Origin: Nitrosopumilus sp.
GTDB lineage: Archaea; Thermoproteota; Nitrososphaeria; Nitrososphaerales; Nitrosopumilaceae
DNA length: 64,000 bases
Assembly (NCBI GenBank): GCA_965207075.1
Contig: CBDBLO010000002.1
Span: forward strand, 1,504,001 to 1,568,000
Direction of reading: 5' to 3'
Positions 59,111-64,000 of the stretch are shown piece after piece. Each line of letters opens with the position of its first letter. Position 1 is the stretch's first letter. A model generated the notes under the pieces. It saw nothing but the letters and a program-made list of their open reading frames with translations. It searched no databases and had not been told where the DNA came from. A program made the position numbers and the translations under genes.

Positions 59111-59602
59111 TCAGATCGAGATGATGGAGAGCCTCGAGTCCTTTGAGATGCCGTGCATCTCCACAAAGCCGGCCGTGACCTCCAAGATGTACGTCGCCAT
59201 GCCTCCGGGCACGATGCTCTGGCAGGTGGTGATCTCGAGCGCCGTCTTGCACGGCTGCACGCCCTGCTCTATGTGCACCACCGCGCCATCCTCGTCAAAC
59301 CATATCATGTCAAGCGGAAACTGCATGTTGAGCATCCACAGCGAGTACGCCCCGGGCTCTTGGAACACGAATATCATCCCCTGGTCGTAGGGCAGCTGCT
59401 CCTGGAACATCAGTCCCCTGACGCGGCGCGGCTCGGTGTCCGCTATCTGGACCTCCAGGGCCACGTCGTCCACCATTATCATGCCGCGCGGAAACTCGAC
59501 GGTCTCAAGCTTGCTATCCTGGGGTATCGAATAGATCCCGGCCACACCCACGATCACGGCCGCAATCGATATGGGTACGAGTATCTGCGCGCGCGTCGCC
59601 AT
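59111..59602 (-). CDS. DUF192 family protein
   Basis: ADT...RGLMF...GM.FVF..WM.NM.FPLD..W and Y.LEV.AG motifs. Confidence 0.92.
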   Translation of the reverse strand: MATRAQILVPISIAAVIVGVAGIYSIPQDSKLETVEFPRGMIMVDDVALEVQIADTEPRRVRGLMFQEQLPYDQGMIFVFQEPGAYSLWMLNMQFPLDMIWFDEDGAVVHIEQGVQPCKTALEITTCQSIVPGGMATYILEVTAGFVEMHGISKDSRLSIISI

Positions 59603-59686
59603 GATCGGCGTGCCGCGTGTCGTCTTAAAATTGTACTTGCGGCGTCGAGTCCGAGATCCGGCTGCATGGGACGGTCCGCACGCGCG

Positions 59687-60031
59687 CTACAGGTCCCGCA
59701 TCGTGGAGATGGTGTTTTTTGTCACGTGCCCGATCTCGTGTATGGTCGAGCTGTTGTACCTCTTCTCGAGGTAACGTCCTGCCAGGATCATGGGGGCCCC
59801 CACGGCGCACGTGACGCCGGTCGGCTCCGGAATCCAGAGCATGATAAAGCCGATCTTTTGGATCTTTTTTCCGGGGGCGGGCGCGTTCCTCAGGTACTTT
59901 AGGGAGCCGTCGGATATGGCGTTGTGCCCCACCCTTGCGACGTCCTTGTACAGATCGGAGCGGGCCGAGGCAGAGTGCGATATGCGCCTGAGGCGTTCCA
60001 TGCGCCTGCGCACAGGGTCGTCCGGATGCAT
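59687..60031 (-). CDS. Hypothetical protein
   Basis: MHPDDPV...GKKIQKIGFIMLWIPEPTGVTCAVGAPMILAG. Confidence 0.65.
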   Translation of the reverse strand: MHPDDPVRRRMERLRRISHSASARSDLYKDVARVGHNAISDGSLKYLRNAPAPGKKIQKIGFIMLWIPEPTGVTCAVGAPMILAGRYLEKRYNSSTIHEIGHVTKNTISTMRDL

Positions 60032-60237
60032 GATCGAACATGACAGAATAACTAGATAAGGACTCACCATCCGCGGACGGCGGCAGGCAGGCAGCCTCCA
60101 CCGCGAGCACGTGGGCGCGGCGAGGGCATGCATGGAGTCCGTACGCGACGCGCGTGCAAGCGCGCCCACGCCTGCACGACACAGGCAGGGACGGCATTGA
60201 AAACACCCAATTATACCCGACTGCCCGTCACAAGGGT

Positions 60238-60753
60238 ATGGCAAGGGACAGCAGACGCCTAGAGTCCATAAAGGCGGCCCACAAGTCCGAGCGCCTCCGC
60301 TCCAGCTCCCGCATGGAGGACTACCTAGAGGTCATTGCAGAACTGGTGGAGCTCAAGGGATACGCCACCACGCTTGACGTCTCGAGGTACATGGATGTCA
60401 GCGCGCCCAGCGTCACGCAGATGCTCAAGAGGCTCGACGAGCTGGGGCACATAGAGCACGAGAAATACCGCGGAATAAACCTGACGCCCAGCGGGGCCCG
60501 CATAGCAGAGGGCATAAGGCAAAAGCACGATACGCTCATCGAGTTCTTCGGGATGCTCGGGATCAGGCACGACGCGGCAAGCCAGGACGCCGAGGGCATA
60601 GAGCACCACCTCAACCCGGAGACCACCAGACAGCTGCGAAAGTTCGTCACGTACCTGAAGGCAAACCCGGGCGTAATATCCGGATTCGGGGGGACGTCCC
60701 GGAAAGAGGACGGCAAGCCAGCAGGCAAGACGGACTCGGATGCCGCGCGCTAG
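60238..60753 (+). CDS. DtxR/MntR metal-dependent regulator
   Basis: EDYLE.I, VS.PSVT.ML.RL and LT..G..H..L..F...DAEGIEHH motifs. Confidence 0.93.
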   Translation: MARDSRRLESIKAAHKSERLRSSSRMEDYLEVIAELVELKGYATTLDVSRYMDVSAPSVTQMLKRLDELGHIEHEKYRGINLTPSGARIAEGIRQKHDTLIEFFGMLGIRHDAASQDAEGIEHHLNPETTRQLRKFVTYLKANPGVISGFGGTSRKEDGKPAGKTDSDAAR

Positions 60754-60781
60754 ATACAGTAGCAACAATAGTAGTAGCCTG

Positions 60782-62923
60782 TCAGTCGGCCAGCCTTACC
60801 ACAATATCGCGTTCTGGCAGGTCGGCGTCAAGTATGGCGCGGCCCCCCGGCGCGCGCGTCGAGATCTTTACGACGCCCTTTTTGTTCGTCCACCCGGTCG
60901 CAATCTGCCTGCCGTCACGGCCCACAATCTCGACGTTTCTGGAGGGGTGCTTTCGGCCCACGTCTATGAGGATCAGATTGCGGTTGCTTGAGAATGAGAA
61001 CTTTAGCTCGGCAGCGGCGGCGTCAGAACCGCGCCTGCGGCGCCTCCCAGAAGAGCGCGACGGGCGGCGTTCGCGGCCGGATCGGTAGTTGTCGTAGTCG
61101 GCGGCGCTGCCGCAATCATCATCATCATCATCACTACCATCGTCGCCGCTGCTGCTGCTGCGGCTGTTGTTACTGTTGCCGTTGTCATCAAAATCGACGC
61201 CTCCGTTGTAGCTGCCCCCGTCAATGCCGTTGAGATCCTCATACTCGGCGTCCGACGCGCCATAACGGCCTCCCGCATCGCCGTCCTCGAGCGGTGCATC
61301 CAGGCCTGCCGCCTCCCGGCTTTCTTGCATCTCCTCCCGGGTCCGGACGTCAAGGTGGACGCCGAGGTGGTCCTGGAGCTGTTCTATCTTGGAGCCGCCC
61401 TTGCCTATTATGCGAGCCTTGTGCTTTTTTGAAACAATGATCTTGGCCCTGTCCTCGGACGTGAACTCCACCTCTGCGCGCCTGTCGTACTTTCTTACCA
61501 CCTCGAGCACCTTCTCAGAAGCCAGCCTGTAGATCCCCCCGCGGCTCTTCCCGTCGGCCTTGTCCGGCGATATCGGCACTATCACGTTCTCCTCGCCAAA
61601 CGTGTACACCTCGTATGCCGCGCGGTTGCGCTCAAGGTCCCTCACCACTATCACGGGCCTCGCAAGGTCCGACTCGGTCATGCCCGACGGCACCTTTACC
61701 TCCAGCCGGAGGTCGTACACGGTGTCTATCCTGCCGGCCCTGACGAAGATCACCGTGTCAAGCACGTTTGGAATCATGCCAAGCTCTATCTTGCCGATGA
61801 ACCGCTGTATGGCGTCGATGGGCGAGTTTGCGTGCACCACGCCGACCATTCCGACCCCGGTCATCCTCAGATCCGCAAACGTCTCAAAGTCCTCCCTGCG
61901 GCGCACCTCGTCAAATATGGTATAGTCGGGCCGCACAAGCAGCAGTATGTCAGCCGTGTTCTCAAAGCTGCCCTCAAGCTTGCTGTACTGCGTGACGCCC
62001 GAGTCCACCTGCAGGTCCCTTGGCGACTCGAACGTCTTTACGATCTGGCCCTGCTGGTGGTAAAAGTTCCCCAGGCTGGAGGCAAGTGTGCTCTTTCCGG
62101 AGCCAGGCGGCCCCGCAATCACGATGCCCTCGGCCATCCCGCCGAGCCTCTTTGTGAGGGCTTCTGACACGTCGTAGTCGGACAGGGACATCTTCGTCGT
62201 CGGATGCACGATCGTAACCTCAAGGGATTCAGAGAAGGGGGGGCGCGTCATTGCAATGCGATAGTCCCCGTGCTGTACCACGGTGGCCCCCTCCATGGAG
62301 ATCTCAACCGTGCTCTGTTCCGTGGCGTGTACGGCGTCAATGATCTGCGAGGACAGCGTCTCAAGGTATTGCCGGTCAAGCGGGTCAGACGGAATCTCCA
62401 CCAGCTTGAACTCGCCGGGCCTGCCCCTCTTTGCAAGGGGCGGCTGTCTCTCCTTTAGGTGGACGGACATCGTATCAGAATCAAAGAACCGCAGAAACTC
62501 CAGATCCTCCTCGGAGGGCCCGCGGGCGGCGTCGTCCCTCAGAAAGACGGCCGGGATACCCTGGGACTTGGCGGCCAGGTGCTGCACCTTGTCAGACGTG
62601 TAGAGTGTGGCGCCCTCGTCCCTTGCCACGTCGGTTATTATCGCGTCTATACGCCCTGACCCGGCGAGGTCTATATCGGCAGACGAGACGTGCTGGCCCC
62701 TGTGGGACACCTCAAGTCCGAACTGTCCGGCCGTCTCGCGGAGGTGGTCAAGTCTCTGTAGTCCCACGAACCCCTGTCCGCGCCCGGACGAGGCCTGGGA
62801 CTGCAGCTCGTCGACCACTGCCTGCGGAATTATCACCTCAACGGAGCGTATCGAGCCGGATTCAATCTGGGATGCAAGCTGTCCGCTTATCACGACGCTT
62901 GTGTCTGCCACAACCTTGTCCAA
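60782..62923 (-). CDS. PIN-domain/VirB11-like ATPase/KH protein (PINA)
   Basis: PIN (DTSV..TSD), Walker A GPPGSGKS, PDYTIFDE, GVVHA and KH IIGKGG. TTG start; Asp/Ser-rich insertion. Confidence 0.92.
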   Translation of the reverse strand: MDKVVADTSVVISGQLASQIESGSIRSVEVIIPQAVVDELQSQASSGRGQGFVGLQRLDHLRETAGQFGLEVSHRGQHVSSADIDLAGSGRIDAIITDVARDEGATLYTSDKVQHLAAKSQGIPAVFLRDDAARGPSEEDLEFLRFFDSDTMSVHLKERQPPLAKRGRPGEFKLVEIPSDPLDRQYLETLSSQIIDAVHATEQSTVEISMEGATVVQHGDYRIAMTRPPFSESLEVTIVHPTTKMSLSDYDVSEALTKRLGGMAEGIVIAGPPGSGKSTLASSLGNFYHQQGQIVKTFESPRDLQVDSGVTQYSKLEGSFENTADILLLVRPDYTIFDEVRRREDFETFADLRMTGVGMVGVVHANSPIDAIQRFIGKIELGMIPNVLDTVIFVRAGRIDTVYDLRLEVKVPSGMTESDLARPVIVVRDLERNRAAYEVYTFGEENVIVPISPDKADGKSRGGIYRLASEKVLEVVRKYDRRAEVEFTSEDRAKIIVSKKHKARIIGKGGSKIEQLQDHLGVHLDVRTREEMQESREAAGLDAPLEDGDAGGRYGASDAEYEDLNGIDGGSYNGGVDFDDNGNSNNSRSSSSGDDGSDDDDDDCGSAADYDNYRSGRERRPSRSSGRRRRRGSDAAAAELKFSFSSNRNLILIDVGRKHPSRNVEIVGRDGRQIATGWTNKKGVVKISTRAPGGRAILDADLPERDIVVRLAD

Positions 62924-63220
62924 TCAAGGGGACGGCCCCGGCTCGTGATAAAACCCTTTGTATGCAGACACGTGACGCGGCACGGCCCGGGCGCCGGAAA
63001 AAGAGAGGCGCATGTGACAAGGTGGTGGTGTTTTTTTTTTTGGTGGTGGTGGTGGTGACGGTGGCGGCGGGAATGATGACGATGTTGCTGTTGTTTGGTG
63101 GTGGCGGGGACAGCGGAAGAGGGGGCGAGGCCATGCGGCATCAAGACTCAAGAAATACGCGCCAAACGGGCCGGAAAATCCAACATCGCGCCGCATATTC
63201 ACGACTCTTGACTGCACGGC

Positions 63221-63373
63221 ATGGGAAGGCTGCGGCGCGCGCAGAACACAAAGTTCTACGAGGACTGCGCAGAGTATTTCAAGGCGCTCCGGTCAAAGGG
63301 CTCCACGGACTTTGAATTCGAGGACGAGTACTATTTCACAATGCCCGGAATTTCCGGCAAGGCCGAAAATTGA
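63221..63373 (+). CDS. Small hypothetical protein (50 aa, not in ORF track)
   Basis: Manual translation: MGRLRRAQNTKFYEDCAEYFKALRSKGSTDFEFEDEYYFTMPGISGKAEN*. Confidence 0.6.
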   Translation: MGRLRRAQNTKFYEDCAEYFKALRSKGSTDFEFEDEYYFTMPGISGKAEN

Positions 63374-63474
63374 CAACTGCGCGTCCATGAACCGGGCGCG
63401 GGGGCGGCAAACGGGCCGGCAGGAACCACAAGCCAACAGTAAGAGTTTAGGAGAGGGGCGCGTCACGCAGAGAC

Positions 63475-64000
63475 ATGGACGGGCATCTGGAGGACCTGGC
63501 CTGCGGGGCAGTCAGGTATGCGTCAGGCCTGCCGGGGGTCGCATACTGCGACGCCAGGGCAGAGACGCGCATCGGCACGCGTGTACTCGTGGAGAACGGC
63601 AGGATCGATCATGTCAGGGACGTGTCGGATTCAGGGCTCGGCGTCAGGATTCTTGACGGCGGACGCGTCTGGAGGTTCGTGTCAGTATCCAGTCCGGAAT
63701 CGGCAGACGAGGTGAAAGGCGCCATAGACTGCGCCGGCACGGGGGCGCGAAAGGTGGAGGAGGACGGGCCGCATGCCGGAAGGGCGGCTCCATGCGCCAG
63801 CATCGCACTGCGCGACGTCAGGCCCCGCACCGCAAGGATCACCCGCCGCGTTGCAAAGAATCCCGACCCCGACTCGATCATGTCGCTGGGACTTGAGTGC
63901 AGCAAGTCCATCTCAGGCATGCCGCACATAACAAACTCCGTTGCGGCCCCGCAGTTTGAAAAGGTCTCAAAATACTTTACAAGCAGCGAGGGCGCCGACA
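63475..64000 (+). CDS. TldD/PmbA family protein (runs off 3' end)
   Basis: MDGHLEDLA..AV.YA....YCDARAE....VENG......SGLGVRIL..G.W.F; ..YFTSSEGA. Confidence 0.85.
   Translation, partial: MDGHLEDLACGAVRYASGLPGVAYCDARAETRIGTRVLVENGRIDHVRDVSDSGLGVRILDGGRVWRFVSVSSPESADEVKGAIDCAGTGARKVEEDGPHAGRAAPCASIALRDVRPRTARITRRVAKNPDPDSIMSLGLECSKSISGMPHITNSVAAPQFEKVSKYFTSSEGAD

Overview
This is a high-GC archaeal window from an ammonia-oxidising thaumarchaeon (Nitrososphaerota, Nitrosopumilaceae; Cenarchaeum-like, possibly a sponge symbiont). The assignment is inferred from gene content: S25e/S26e, Alba, Rpo6, archaeal ThrRS, PolB, parvulin, methylmalonyl-CoA mutase/epimerase and DUF6659-like proteins. Most of the window is core genome: trpEGDCBA, pyrG, NAD kinase, thrS, DHS, rpoK, polB, tpiA, ppdK, mcm/mce/meaB, thyX, msrB, hom, psmB, trmI, PINA and tldD. 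The notable part is a ~5.9-kb, mostly AT-richer island between trpA and pyrG (~7950-13856). It holds a class II Fic gene and three directly oriented copies of an ~85-bp palindromic mini-element (22-bp arms, GGCACTG ends, IS6/IS1595-like). Copies 1 and 2 bracket a single DUF3800 gene plus a structured 3' tract, and that unit is flanked by an 8-bp duplication (TTTAGACA). It therefore looks like a MITE-bounded cargo cassette nested between Fic and copy 3. The cassette was later hit by an IS5-family element (8-bp TSD) and an IS3-family element (4-bp TSD CCGG), which separated the DUF3800 C-terminus from the rest of the gene. Other oddities are an ACG at the homoserine dehydrogenase start position, pervasive trinucleotide/low-complexity expansions inside and between conserved genes, no trpF in the trp operon, and two small genes missed by the ORF track. 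All calls come from reading the sequence; no database searches were run.
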